A DNA stretch of 64,000 bases from Nageia nagi (Eukaryota > Plantae > Pinophyta), in assembly GCA_050084985.1 (NCBI GenBank), contig JBITNC010000002.1, forward strand, positions 20,894,001 through 20,958,000. The letters run 5' to 3'. Positions 14,569 through 26,713 of the stretch are shown here, piece by piece. The notes under the pieces were generated by a model, which worked only from the letters and a program-made list of their open reading frames with translations, did no database searches and was not told the origin of the DNA. Position 1 is the first letter of the stretch. Each line of letters opens with the position of its first letter. The translations under genes and the position numbers were made by a program.

Positions 14569-17500
14569 TGTATATTCATACATAATAAATTCTTTAGCAA
14601 AGCCCCGGTGTACCTTACTTGCAATCATGAGTTCATTTTAAGATCCCCGAGAGTTTTTTTGGGAGCAAACAAAATAGGCCTAAGGCAGGAAGTAAAGCGT
14701 TCCGGAATGAAATGATGATGTCATAGAAGAAAGGATGAAGCTCAGTTGTGGAAAAGCCTAGGTTTCAGAAGAGATGAGGTCAGCAAGGAGTGATCGAAGA
14801 AGCTGGAGCCTGTAAATTAAGTGATTATGGAAGTAAAGCATTTCAAAATAAAATGATGACATCGCAGAGGATAAGACGGTCACGTTTTGGTCAAGATTAG
14901 GTTTCGGAGATGATGAGATCAGTAAGCAAAATTGAGAAGCCAGGGTCAGTAAATAAAGCATTCCAGAAGAGATGACATTAGCGATTTCATGCCTTAGCCC
15001 AAAATCGGAGCTTGGAAGTGATGAGGTCAGCAAGGAGCGATCAAATAGCCGGAGCCAATGAGTAAAACATTTTAGAGGGAAGAGATGACATCATAGGAAG
15101 AACGATGTTCACATTTGTGAATGAAATCGGGTTCTGAAGATGATGAGGTCAGCAAGGGGTGATTAAAAAGGCCAAAGTCAGTAGATTAAGCATTTCAAAA
15201 TGAAATGATAAAAGCTCAGTTGTGGAAAAAATTGGGTTCCAGAGAAAGTGAGTAGAGCATTCCAGAAGCATGAAGATGATGTCACGGGGAGAACAACGTT
15301 CACATTTTTGAATGAAATCGGGTCCCAGAGATGATGAGGTTAGCAAGGAGTGATCAAATAACCAGAGCCAGTGAGTAAAACATTCCGAAATGTAGAGATG
15401 AGAATAGCAAAGAGAGATCAAATAGTCAAAAGCCTAGTATTGCTCTTTACATTTATTCTCGAAGACCTGTAGTTTTTATCAGTAATATGATACCATCTTG
15501 ACCTTTCTTATTTAGCACTCGTAATTTTCATTCTTAATTTGGTTACATTGTGGTAGCTTGGCTTGTTTCCTGAATGATAATTGCGGGTTGCTAGTATAAC
15601 TGTGTCTGCTACATGGTAGAGTAAAGCTGGGAAACTATTAGAGAGTGAGAGCTTGTACTGTAGCTACTACACTAGATTCAGGCCAAGGTTTCACACATTG
15701 TGAAAGCCCGTGCTAAACTAGTGATCCACCTTTGCTTTCTCTCTTGTTACCCTAAGCCTTTTGCTTAAATTCCTCGCACTCTATTCCTTTTTATTTTCTT
15801 TCCTATTACCCTAACCCTTTTGCTTAAATTCCTTGCACTCTACTCTTTTTATTTTCTTTCCTGTTACTTCTTCTACACCTAATGTATAAGGAACTAGCCT
15901 TCTCCAGAGATCAGACTGTCACCATAGTCTGTTCTTGATTTACTTTGGTTAAGATTGTTCACGGTGCATATATTACATAATCCTAATCAACAGTATTTCT
16001 TTTGGCACGCCCGGTGGGACACGAAGAAACTTATTGGTGACTCTGCTGAAGCACTATCTATGGTATGTATTAAAGCAAATTATTTGTAAATATCATATGT
16101 GCTTTTGAACCTATCACTTTCTTTTGCAACCTAGAGTTTATGTGGACAAGATATAAAACTAGAGTAGCAAAAGAAGCACCGGATTTTAGAATGTTAGATA
16201 CTCCTAAGAGAAAGACCCTGATCAAGTCCAAGTATCTGAATAGTATCAGCTCCCTAAAATCCTTTACCAAGCTAGAATCATCCAATCTTCACACTAAAAA
16301 TACCTCTTCTAAAATGGCTAATCCAGCTCAGAATATTTATCCAGAATGGGACAATGGAGTACCAATAGCCCTGGCAATGTTGCATGACATCCTAGCAAAT
16401 GTTTTCAAAACCCTTCCGGAGTTTGATGCAACTTCAGAGAAAATAGCTTATGAGCATTGTGTTGATGTAGCTGGCCTAGCTAAGATTCACAATATCCAGA
16501 ATGAAGATGTCATGGTGAGATTACTGGCTCAGTCTTTCAAAGGAAAGGTCCTAGATTGGTACAGGGGCCTTCCTAATGGATCTATAACTACTTGGGCTCA
16601 ATTGGCAGAGCCCTTTATCTTGGAATTTAATGAATTAGGAGATCCCTTTTCCTTGTTAACACAGTTCACTTCAATCAAAAGATATGAGCAAGAAAATATC
16701 CCTGATTTCAATATTAGATTCCAAAAAACTTGGGTGAGAGTCCCAATGCTAGTCAGGCCTCAGCAATTTCAAGCCTTAATGTATTACCTGAGAGCCTTTC
16801 CTCCGGATCTCTCTCTGCAAATCCAAAATTTTGGAGTAAATACTTTCCTGGAGGTCTATAGACAAGCAATATATGCTGAATCCTATCTTATTACAGTTGG
16901 GAAATTGCCAAGTCGCATGCTAATGCCTTATTTTCCTATAACCACCCAGCAGCAAATTTTGAGACCTCAAGTGATTAGTTTGGCTCCACCACTGGCCAGT
17001 ATCCCCGCCCCTGTCCAATAGTGGCCATCAACCTTGCTATTCCCTAGAGCTCCCTTGGCCTTACCAGCCCCTCATCAGCCTAATATGAATCAAGGGGTAG
17101 CCTCATTGACAGAGATTCAGGAACTCCAAAACTTGTGTAGAAATATGGCAAACCAGATTACCATGCTAAGTAGATAAATCAATGCAAGAAGATATCTTTA
17201 TCTTGCTGTAGAAAAGGCTCAAAATGTGTTGAATGATGATGTAAGCCAAGCCTCCTCTTCCGGGTCAGCCTCTGGTTGGTGTTTGGCCTGCAACGATGCT
17301 CATAAACAAACCACATATCTTGTTTATCAATATCAAGAATATTTATCAAGAAGTGGGGGCATTCCTCCGCCTGGTGTAGCTGACGACATAAGCCAAGATG
17401 CAAACATAATGAATTTTGCACCAACAGGTATAGGAGATTTTGCTATGGAAACAAGATCAAGGAAAAACCCCTAGTCTCTGGTATTTCAGAAAGAAAAGTT

Positions 17501-19209
17501 GAATCCCAAAAGAGCTCCAGAATCAATCATATCAAGACCTCCAGAGAGGAAATGAAATAGTAAAAGGTGGTTCGATGGTCAAAAATCAACTTCGGATACT
17601 TTCAGAGAAAGAGATTTAGTATTGAAAATGGGATGAGGATAGAGCTAAACAGGGGAAGCTCAAAAATTCAAATCCATGTGGTTCCGGATCCTATGTAATA
17701 GCTAAATGCGTCGGTATTATTTTCTAGACTAGGTTCTAAATTCCTCTTTGATAAAGGCAAAATTTTCCCCTAGAGGTCACCATAATGTATATTCATACAT
17801 AATAAATTCTTTAGCAAAGCCCTGATGTACCTTACTTGCAATCATGAGTTCATTTTAAGATCCCCGGGAGTTTTTTTGGGAGCAAACAAAATAGGCCTGA
17901 GGTAGGAAGTAAAGCATTCCAGAATGAAATGATGACATCACAGAAGAAAGGATGAAGCTCAGTTGTGGAAAAGCCCAGGTTCCAGAAGAGATGAGGTTAG
18001 CGAGGAGTGATCGAAGAAGCTGGAGCCCATAAATTAAGTGATTCCAGAAGTAAATCATTCTGAAATAAAATGATGATGTCACAGAGGATAAGACGGTCAC
18101 ATTTTGGTCAAGACCAGGTTCCAGATATGATGAGGTTAGCAAGCAAAATTGAGAAGCTGGGGTCAGTAAATAAAGCATTTCAGAAGAGATGACATCAGCA
18201 ATTTCAGGCCTTAGCCCAAAACTGGAGCCCAGAAGTGATGAGGTCAGCAAGGAGCGATCAAATAGCTAGAGCCAGTGAGTAAAACATTCCAGATGGAAGA
18301 GATGACATCACAGGAAGAACAATGTTCACATTTGTGAATGAAACTGGGTTCTGGAGATGATGAGGTCAGCAAGGGGTGATTAAAAAGGCTAGAGTCAATA
18401 GATTAAGCATTCTGGAATGAAATGATAAAAGCTCAGTTGTGGAAAAAATTAGGTTTTAGAGAAAGTGAGTAGAGCATTTTAGAAGCATGAAGATGACATC
18501 ACGGGGAGAACAACATTCACATTTTTGAATGAAACTGGGTCCCAGAGATGATAAGGTTAGCAAGGAGTGATCAAATAACTGGAGCCAATGAGTAAAACAT
18601 TCTAAAATGTAGAGATGAGAACATCAAAGAGAGATCAAATAGTCAAAAGCCTAGTATTGCTCTTTAAATTTGTTCTCGAAGACCTATAGTTTTTATCAGT
18701 AATATGATACCATCTTGACCTTTCTTATCTAGCACTCGTAATTGTCATTCTTAATTTGGTTACATCGTGGCAGCTTGGCTTGTTTCCTGAATGATAATTG
18801 CGGGTTGCTAGTATAACTGTGTTTGCTACATGGTAGAGTAAAGCTGGGAAACTATTAGAGAGTGAGAGCTTGTACCATAGCTGCTACACTAGATTCAGGC
18901 CAAGGTTTCACACACTATGAAAGCTCACACTGAACTAGTGATCCACCTTTGCTTTCTCTCTTATTACCCTAAGCCTTTTGCTTAAATTCCTCGCACTCTA
19001 TTCCTTTTTATTTTCTTTCCTGTTACCCTAACCCTTTTTCTTAAATTACTCGCACTCTACTCTTTTTATTTTCTTTCCTGTTACTTCTTCTACACCCAAT
19101 GTATAAGGAACCGACCTTCTCCGGAGATCAGACTGTCACCATAGTCTGTTCTTGATTTACTTTGGTTAAGATTGTTCGCGGTGCATATATTACACAATCC
19201 TAATCAACA
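14569..19209 (+). mobile_element. Non-autonomous gag-only Ty3/gypsy (Tat-like) LTR element
   Basis: LTRs 14569-15992 and 17786-19209 (1424 bp each, TG..CA). TSD CATAT at 14564-14568 and 19210-19214. PBS TGGCACGCCCGGTGGGAC at 16003-16020, tRNA-Arg type and offset 10 nt from the LTR. Internal region 1793 bp. Confidence 0.92.
16140..17021 (+). CDS. gag: Retrotransposon Gag (Retrotrans_gag-like), truncated by a premature stop
   Basis: LLAQSFKGKVLDWYRGLPNGSITTWAQLAEPFILEF and QENIPDFNIRFQK motifs. Downstream fragment WCLACNDAHKQTTY is a decayed zinc knuckle. Confidence 0.8.
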   Translation: MWTRYKTRVAKEAPDFRMLDTPKRKTLIKSKYLNSISSLKSFTKLESSNLHTKNTSSKMANPAQNIYPEWDNGVPIALAMLHDILANVFKTLPEFDATSEKIAYEHCVDVAGLAKIHNIQNEDVMVRLLAQSFKGKVLDWYRGLPNGSITTWAQLAEPFILEFNELGDPFSLLTQFTSIKRYEQENIPDFNIRFQKTWVRVPMLVRPQQFQALMYYLRAFPPDLSLQIQNFGVNTFLEVYRQAIYAESYLITVGKLPSRMLMPYFPITTQQQILRPQVISLAPPLASIPAPVQ

Positions 19210-20089
19210 CATATCAATATGCCATAATTTATTTGTAAAATGATTATGATACAAGCCATGCAATTAAGGATCCCACAACATGTTCTATTATTTTCATCTA
19301 GTCATTCTGTATATATAACAAAATATGCACTTGGTAACCATATATTATTTTCTATTTTTTTATAACATGATTATGGCAAATTACCACTTTTGGAATGGTT
19401 TTTGACACTTGAAAAATTTCTAAGTTGAACAATTAATTTCCTTATCCAAGGTTGTTAGTTTTTGGATCATATGGTGTATTTATATCATTTCATATCACAT
19501 ATCATAATTTATATGTAAAAAGGTTTTGATACAAACCATGCAGTGACCACAACATGTTCCATTTTTTTTCATCTAATCATTTGATGGTATGCTTTTGGTA
19601 ACCAATTTGTTTTCCTATGTTTGGCTAGCATCTATCAACTTACAACTTTTGGACTAGTTTATGACTATTTTGGTAGTGAAGTTCAAAGATTCCTCAAGAT
19701 AGCCTAGATGACCAAGAAGGTAAACATTGCATGTATAATGATTAATCCTATGATTGTAGGATATACACATAATGAAATACTTTAGATACTCTTAAGTGGA
19801 TGCATTTATCAGGTGTAAAAATAGCTACATGATGAAATATAATGTATCAAAAACTAGTATAAAAGTGGTAAGTTGGCAAAAAATGCTTGTAATAATTAAT
19901 TGTTTAACCTATAAATATAAATTCTATGTTGTCTTACTTGCACTATAAATTCTATGTTGTCATTCCCATAGGATAACCTATTCAAAATATTATTAATTAT
20001 ATAAGTAAGGGATAGCTACATTTATTACCTCTCAGTAGATATATCACTATTATGCTTCACGATCATTCATAATGTTACCACAACCAACT

Positions 20090-20282
20090 TGGATGCTTCA
20101 TATCATTTTATTTAATTATATATACATGATGCATTTGGATCATTTCATATCATATGATATACTTAGATAATTTCATATCATAATATGGTGCATATGGATA
20201 ATTTTATATCATATGATGCACTTATATCATTTCACAAAATATTTTGGAGTATTTAGATAATTTCATATCATATGCTACACTT
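20090..20282. repeat. ~29-bp degenerate tandem repeat (catatgatgcatttagataatttcatat-like)
   Basis: About 6 consecutive similar units. Related single units occur at ~14236, ~14541 and ~19468. Confidence 0.6.
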
Positions 20283-20327
20283 GTAAAAAAATGAATAGTG
20301 ATTAGTTAGTTCAACTAGGCCATCCTT

Positions 20328-23300
20328 TGATCTGAATTGGATCATGTCAAGTTGATCTCTATAGAAGCAATACTCATTCTAGAGGTATATATGTTTTGAG
20401 ATTGATCAAAGACTAAAATTTAGAGGTAATTGGTGATAAAAACCATGCTATTAACATTGTGCATATACTATTTTTAGGCCATTAACAATGTGCATCTTGA
20501 TAAGTTAGAAGTGGAAGTTGAAGGTGCATCGATGATTTAGGAAGCTAAGTAGTTCAAGATCATCAACCAATGTCTTAGAGACATTTCCAAGGCTATTTAA
20601 AGGCATGATACTCTCTTTATTCTTCAATGGAGTTTTAGAGAGTTTTGGGTTTTTAAGATTGTAAAGATTTGAAGGAAGACCAAGAATCATTCCAAAACTT
20701 TTGTAGTTCTAAAGTTGTTCTTCTTGTTATAGGAGATTGCAGTAGTGTTTTAGGAGATGGTATTATCATTATTTTGATGGTATTTCTTTATATGCATGTA
20801 ATATTGTAATGTACATAGAAAATGAGAAGAGAAGGCTCCAATTCTATGCTAGATTAGCTCACATTGGGTGAAATAGGGTAAATCATTATGTTGATCTTGT
20901 TGTATGTGATTGAGATAGTTAATTCATAGTTTTACATTATGCAATTATGAATTTATATATAGTTTGATGGATCTCATAATGGTGAATATTTTTTCATTTG
21001 AATATGTAAGTGAGGATCCAAGTATACTATAAGCATCTGATGATTATGGATCATATGGTATTAAAGCTTATGTGCATAAAATTTGGGGCCAAAATTTTAG
21101 GGATTTTAGGCCATCAATGATGTGCTTTTTGATGTTTAGGAGAAGATTACAAAGACAAAAATTGATTCCAAAGGTTCCTGAGATTGGTGGAAGGTGCAAA
21201 GTGACTGCAATGGATGATTTGGAGGAGCAATAATTTTTTATTTGTACCATGTCAGATGCTAATTTTGAAAGGAGATTTTTAGAAATGGAGAATCATTTGG
21301 CTCATTTAGCTAAGTTGTAGGATGCCAGAAAAAATATAAATATCAATCAGAGGCAATGAAATGAAGTTGGAGGACCTAATTTATCATATTAATCAAATCA
21401 AGTTCCATTCAAGGTGGAGGCCAAAGTGGACATTCCTACTTTTGGTGGAGAGGTTTATGTAGAAAAGTTGAAACAAATTAGAGGTTTATTTTCAAATTCA
21501 TAGTGTTATAAATGATGTTGATAAAATCTCTTTTGATAGATTAAATATGAATGGACATTCTTTAGTTTGGTGGGAAAGCCATGTAGAAACTCTTAATCAT
21601 GAACAATTATCAAAAGTATCTTCTTGGAATGAATTTAAGAACTTGTTAAGATATCAATTTTGTCCATTAGGATATCATAATAAATAATTGATGAAATGGT
21701 ATTTCTTTAGACAACAAAGAGGGAAAATAGTTCAAGAATACAATACAAAATTTAGGAAATAAGCTACTTTGCTTGGGGTTTCACTAAAATATTCTCAAAT
21801 TTTAATGAAGTACATTGGAGGTTTACATAGTAATTTGCAAAAGACTATCATGTTGTTTAATCATACTAATCTTGATCAAGTATGTGTGCTATAAAAATAC
21901 TTAGAGGAATATGGTAAAGTAAGGAGACAATATAATGAATCCAAGAAGGCTTCTAATTCAAGGGGATCACAAGATAAAGGTAAATCTCAAGATAAAGGAA
22001 AAGGTAAGCAAGAAACTAAGACCACTAATATTTAAAATAAAGAAGGTGATAATAGGCATTGTATTCATTGTGATAAAGATGGTCATGTTGATGATAAATG
22101 TTGAAAACTTCATCTAGAATTACATCCATATAAGAAAAAGGATAAGGAGAAAACTAATGCTATGGTTCTTAAATGTGAAGATATTGAGGGAAGTTTAGAT
22201 GTTGATGAAAAATAAATTATTCAGCCATTCAAAAGTCTAAACAATATCAAGAAATTGAAGAATAAAGGATTCAATTATTCCACCTCAAAATTAAAATTAA
22301 GAAAATAAGAGTAGATTGAATTATTGATTCGAGTTCTCAAGAAAATTTAATTTCAGAATCTATGGTAAGTAATTTGGGATTGAAAACTTTCAACTATATA
22401 AATCCATATCCTTTGGGTTGGATGCATAATGCTAGTTTGCAAGTAACTAAATAATGTAAGTTGAAATTTGGTATTTGTGCAAAGTACATTGATGAAGTTA
22501 TGTTTGATGTTGTTCCTTTAGATATTTATGGTGTTATTCTTATTAACCCTTATATGTTGGACATAGATTGTATTTATTACAAAATATTAAACAAATTATG
22601 ATCGATGAAAGATAGAAAGGTGTTTCTAGCTAGTGCACATAAAAGCCAAAAAAAGCTACCTTTGGTCACTGCTAGTAAGGTAAAACACCTTATAAATGCT
22701 TCTAAAAAGTTTATGTTGATCATGGTGAAAATTGAAGCTTTTGGTGAGGTGAATGCCATGTTGTCAACGATGTGCAATACTAATTTTAGGCTATTAACAA
22801 CATGCAAAAGAGAAGAACAAATGCAAAAATTAGTTTGAGACTTTACTAACTTATTTGCATAGCCATAAGGATTACCTCTTATGCAAGATATATAGTAGGA
22901 TATTCAATTGTCACCTGATGCTTTATTTCCTAACATAGCTTTGTATCAATAATCAATTTTGGAGCAAATAGAGATAAAGAGGTAGATTCAAGAGTTGGTT
23001 GATCAAGGTGTGATCAGACCAAGTATATCTCCACATGGATCACCTATTTTTTTGGTTCTAAAAAAGGATCAAACTTGGATAATGTGTATTGAATATAGAG
23101 CACGTAACAAAATCACCATAAAAAAATGCTATCATATTCCTTAGATAGTTGATGTTTTTGATCAGTTGCAAGGGGAAAGATTCTTCACTAAGTTGGACTT
23201 GAGGAGTGGATATCAACAAGTTCAAATCAAGGAGAAGGATATTTGGAAGATTGCTTTATTTGAGTGGATTATTTTGCCATTTGATTTTTGCAATGCACCA

Positions 23301-26300
23301 ATCGCATTTATGAGGATAATGAATGATGTACTCCATCCATTTATTGATTCTTTTATTTTTGTATACTTGGTTGATATTATTATTTATAGTTCTACTTGGG
23401 AAGAACATGTTGTACATCTTAGACAAGTGTTTCATGATTTGCATAGGGAGAAGTTGTTGTTGAAACATTCAAAATGTGAGTTTTGCAAAGAGTCTTTAGT
23501 TTATTTGGGTCATGTTATTGGTCATAGACAACTTAATATAGATCCTAGTAAAGTAAGTGCTATAGTAGATTGGCAAAATCCATATAATGTAATTGAATTA
23601 AGGAGTTTATTAGGTGTTGTATAATATTTATAAAAGTTTATTATTGATTTTTCTCATATTGCTTCACCTTTATATTATGTAACTAACAAGAGTCAAGTTT
23701 TTGAATGGGAAAAGCAACAACAAACATCTTTTGATACATTGAAGCAAAAGATTATTAGTGCATCTATGCTAGTACTTCCTAATTTGTAGAAGCCATTTGA
23801 AGTGGAGATTGATGCAAGTGACTATGCCATGCAAGAAGGTAAATCAATTTTTTATCATTTCAAAAAATTTAGTGGGGTCATTTTGAATTATTATACTTAT
23901 GATAAAGAAATGTATGCATTGGTTCAAGCTATTAAAAAGTGGAAACATTACTTAATGGAGAAAGAAACAATAATTCATATTAATCATCAACCATTAAAGT
24001 ACTTACAAACTCAATCAAAATTGCAACAAACTACACACTATAGATGAATGAGTTTTTTGCAACAATTTCATATTGTGATCAAGTATAATAAAGGAACACA
24101 AAATAAGGTTGTTAACATGCTTTCTAGATTACCTGCACTTACAAATTCCATGCTATTAATAGCATGCAACACTAATTTTAGGCTATCAATAACATACAAA
24201 TAAGGGCTACTAAGTTCCCTCTCAATGTTGAAATCTCTTCCTTTTCTTTCCGAGTCATTTTTCAAGGCATATGTGTAGGATCCTAACTTTGGAGAGGTGT
24301 ATGAGAAATTATCTTCATCTAGGTCCAAGTATGAGGGATTGGATGACTTTCATTTGAAAAATGGACTTCTTTATGATTTTAATATGTTATGTGTACATGT
24401 AGTTGAAAAGCTTGGACTGATTAGAGAAGCATATACTTCAAATATTGCAAGACATTTTGGGGTTGAAAAGACATTGGGAAATTTGTAAAGGTATGTATAT
24501 TGGACAAAGATACAAGATCAAGTTACCAAGTACATAAGGGGGTGTTATTTATATTTCACCAACAAGCCAAGTAATAGGAAATTGGGTTTGTATCAACCAC
24601 TGCTAGTACCAATTGGTTCTTGGGAGTGTATTTTCATGGATTTTGTGGGAGGATTGCCTATGACAAAGAAGGGTCATGATTATTTATTTTTTGTTATGGA
24701 TAGATTGAATAAGACATGTGCTTTGATTCCTTGTAAGAAGCCAATAATAGGACAAGATGCTACAAATTTATTCTTTTCACATATTTGGGTGCATTTTGGA
24801 TTACCTACTTCTATTGTTTTATATAGAGAAAATAGTTTTTTGGAAAAATTTTCAACATTTTTATGGGAAACTATGGACACAAGGTTAAAGAGGAGTATTG
24901 CCTGTCATCCTCAAATGGATGGATAAACCAAGGTGGTGAATAGGATAATGGTTCAACTCTTGAAGGGTTTTTGTGGCAAGCATACTAAGTCTTGGGATGA
25001 ACATCTTGAATATATCCAACATTCATACAGTAGGGTAATTCATTCTTCCATTAATAAGAGTCCTTTTGAGACTTGTTTTGGTTATTTACCACCTTCACCT
25101 TTTGATTGTGTATTTAGAAAATAAAATGATGAAAGAGATTCACTTGAGAAAGAGGAAAAGTAAACTAAAGCCTTTGTTGAAAATATTAAGCAAATTCATT
25201 TGAAAGTCCAAGAGCAACTTAACACAAGTCAAGCCAAGTACAAGATGAGACATGAAAAATATAGAGTTGACCATAAGTTTCATATGGGATACCATATTTG
25301 GTTACATATTAGTAAGGAGAGATTTCAAGAACTAGCCAAGAAGTTGAAACCTATGAGGTATGGACCATTTGAGATTATGGAGCAAGTAAGTAAAAATACT
25401 TTTAGATTGAATCTATTGACATATATGAAAATCTATTCAGTTATGAATGTGAAACATTTAAAATTGTACGAGCCATCTATGTTGACTGAAGATGAAGTAG
25501 GTTCATATCAAATTTCATCATCTCTTAATGAATTAGCTCCTAATATTATAGATAAAATCAAGGAGGATTCTATATTACAAAAGAAGGTTCATGCTACAAG
25601 AAGAGGTGAGACAGAGCTATGGTTTGTTCGATTGAAGGCACAAAAGCCTAATAAAGCCATGTGGATGGAAAAGTACAAGGTTGGGAAGTTGTATCCTCAT
25701 GTATGCATTTGTGGGACCAAATTCCTTCTCATTGGGGAGGTGTGATATGAATTGGATCATATTAGGTTGATCTTTGTAGGACCAATACTCATTCTAGAGC
25801 TATCTATGCTTGGAGACTGATCAAAGATTGAAATTTGGAGGTAATTGATGGTAAAAACCACTCTATTAATAATGTACATATACAATTTTTAAGACATTAA
25901 CAATGTGCATCTTAATGAGTTAGCAATGGAAGTTGAAGGGGAATCAGTAATTCAGATAGCTGAGTTGTTTAGGATCATAAACTAACATCTTGGAGATATT
26001 TCTAGGCCTATTTAAAGACATGCTACTCTCTTGATTTTTCAATAGATTTTTAGAAAGTTTTGGGGTTTTGAGATTGTAAATATTTGAATAAAGACAAAGA
26101 GTCATTTCAAATTTTTGTATTTTTGAAGTTATTCTTCTTACTACAGGAGTTTGTAGTAGTGTTGTAGGAGATGGTATTGCAATTATTTTGATGGTATTTC
26201 TCTATATGCATGTAATATTTTAATGTCCATAGAAAATGAGAAGAGAAGGCTCTAATTCCATGTTGGATTATCCTACATTAGTAAACCAATGTAAATCATT

Positions 26301-26466
26301 ATGTTGATCTTGTTGTGTATGATTGAGATTGTTGATTTGTAGTTTTACATTATGCAATTTCAAATTTATATGTAATTTGATGGATCTCATAATGTTGAAC
26401 ATTGTTTCATTCAAATTTGTTAGTGAGGATCTGAGTATGATATAAAAATCCAATGATTATAGATCA
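20328..26466 (+). mobile_element. Full-length but decayed Ty3/gypsy (chromovirus, CRM-like) element
   Basis: LTRs 20328-21053 and 25743-26466 (TGAT..ATCA, strongly diverged). TSD TCCTT. Decayed Met PBS tggtattaaagc at 21056. PPT ggggagg at ~25734. Order gag-PR-RT (LDLRSGY, YLVD for YLDD)-RH (DASDY, YDKE)-IN (MDFVGGLP, HPQMDG, GPF)-chromodomain-like tail. Confidence 0.92.
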
Positions 26467-26713
26467 TCCTTTGGGAGCCCATGGCCATCACTTTGATTGG
26501 GCTCACTATGATTGAGCTCAGGTGCCTTGGAAAACCAATGATGATGTAGCCTTTTAGAAATCTCCCATTAGGATAATGGTTTTAAGCTATGACCCTTTTT
26601 TTTTTTATAAATTCCTTTGGTAATGATTTTAAATTTCCTTAATTTAATGACTCTAAATTATGGTATTTTTAATCACCCCTTAAATAAGAGCACCTAAAGT
26701 TTCATATGGTAGT

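Noticed and set aside
14758-18250. Minus-strand ORFs 14758-15033, 15149-15421 and 17855-18250
   Set aside because: They lie within the repetitive LTRs, are low-complexity by-products of the LTR modules, and their extents differ between the two LTRs.
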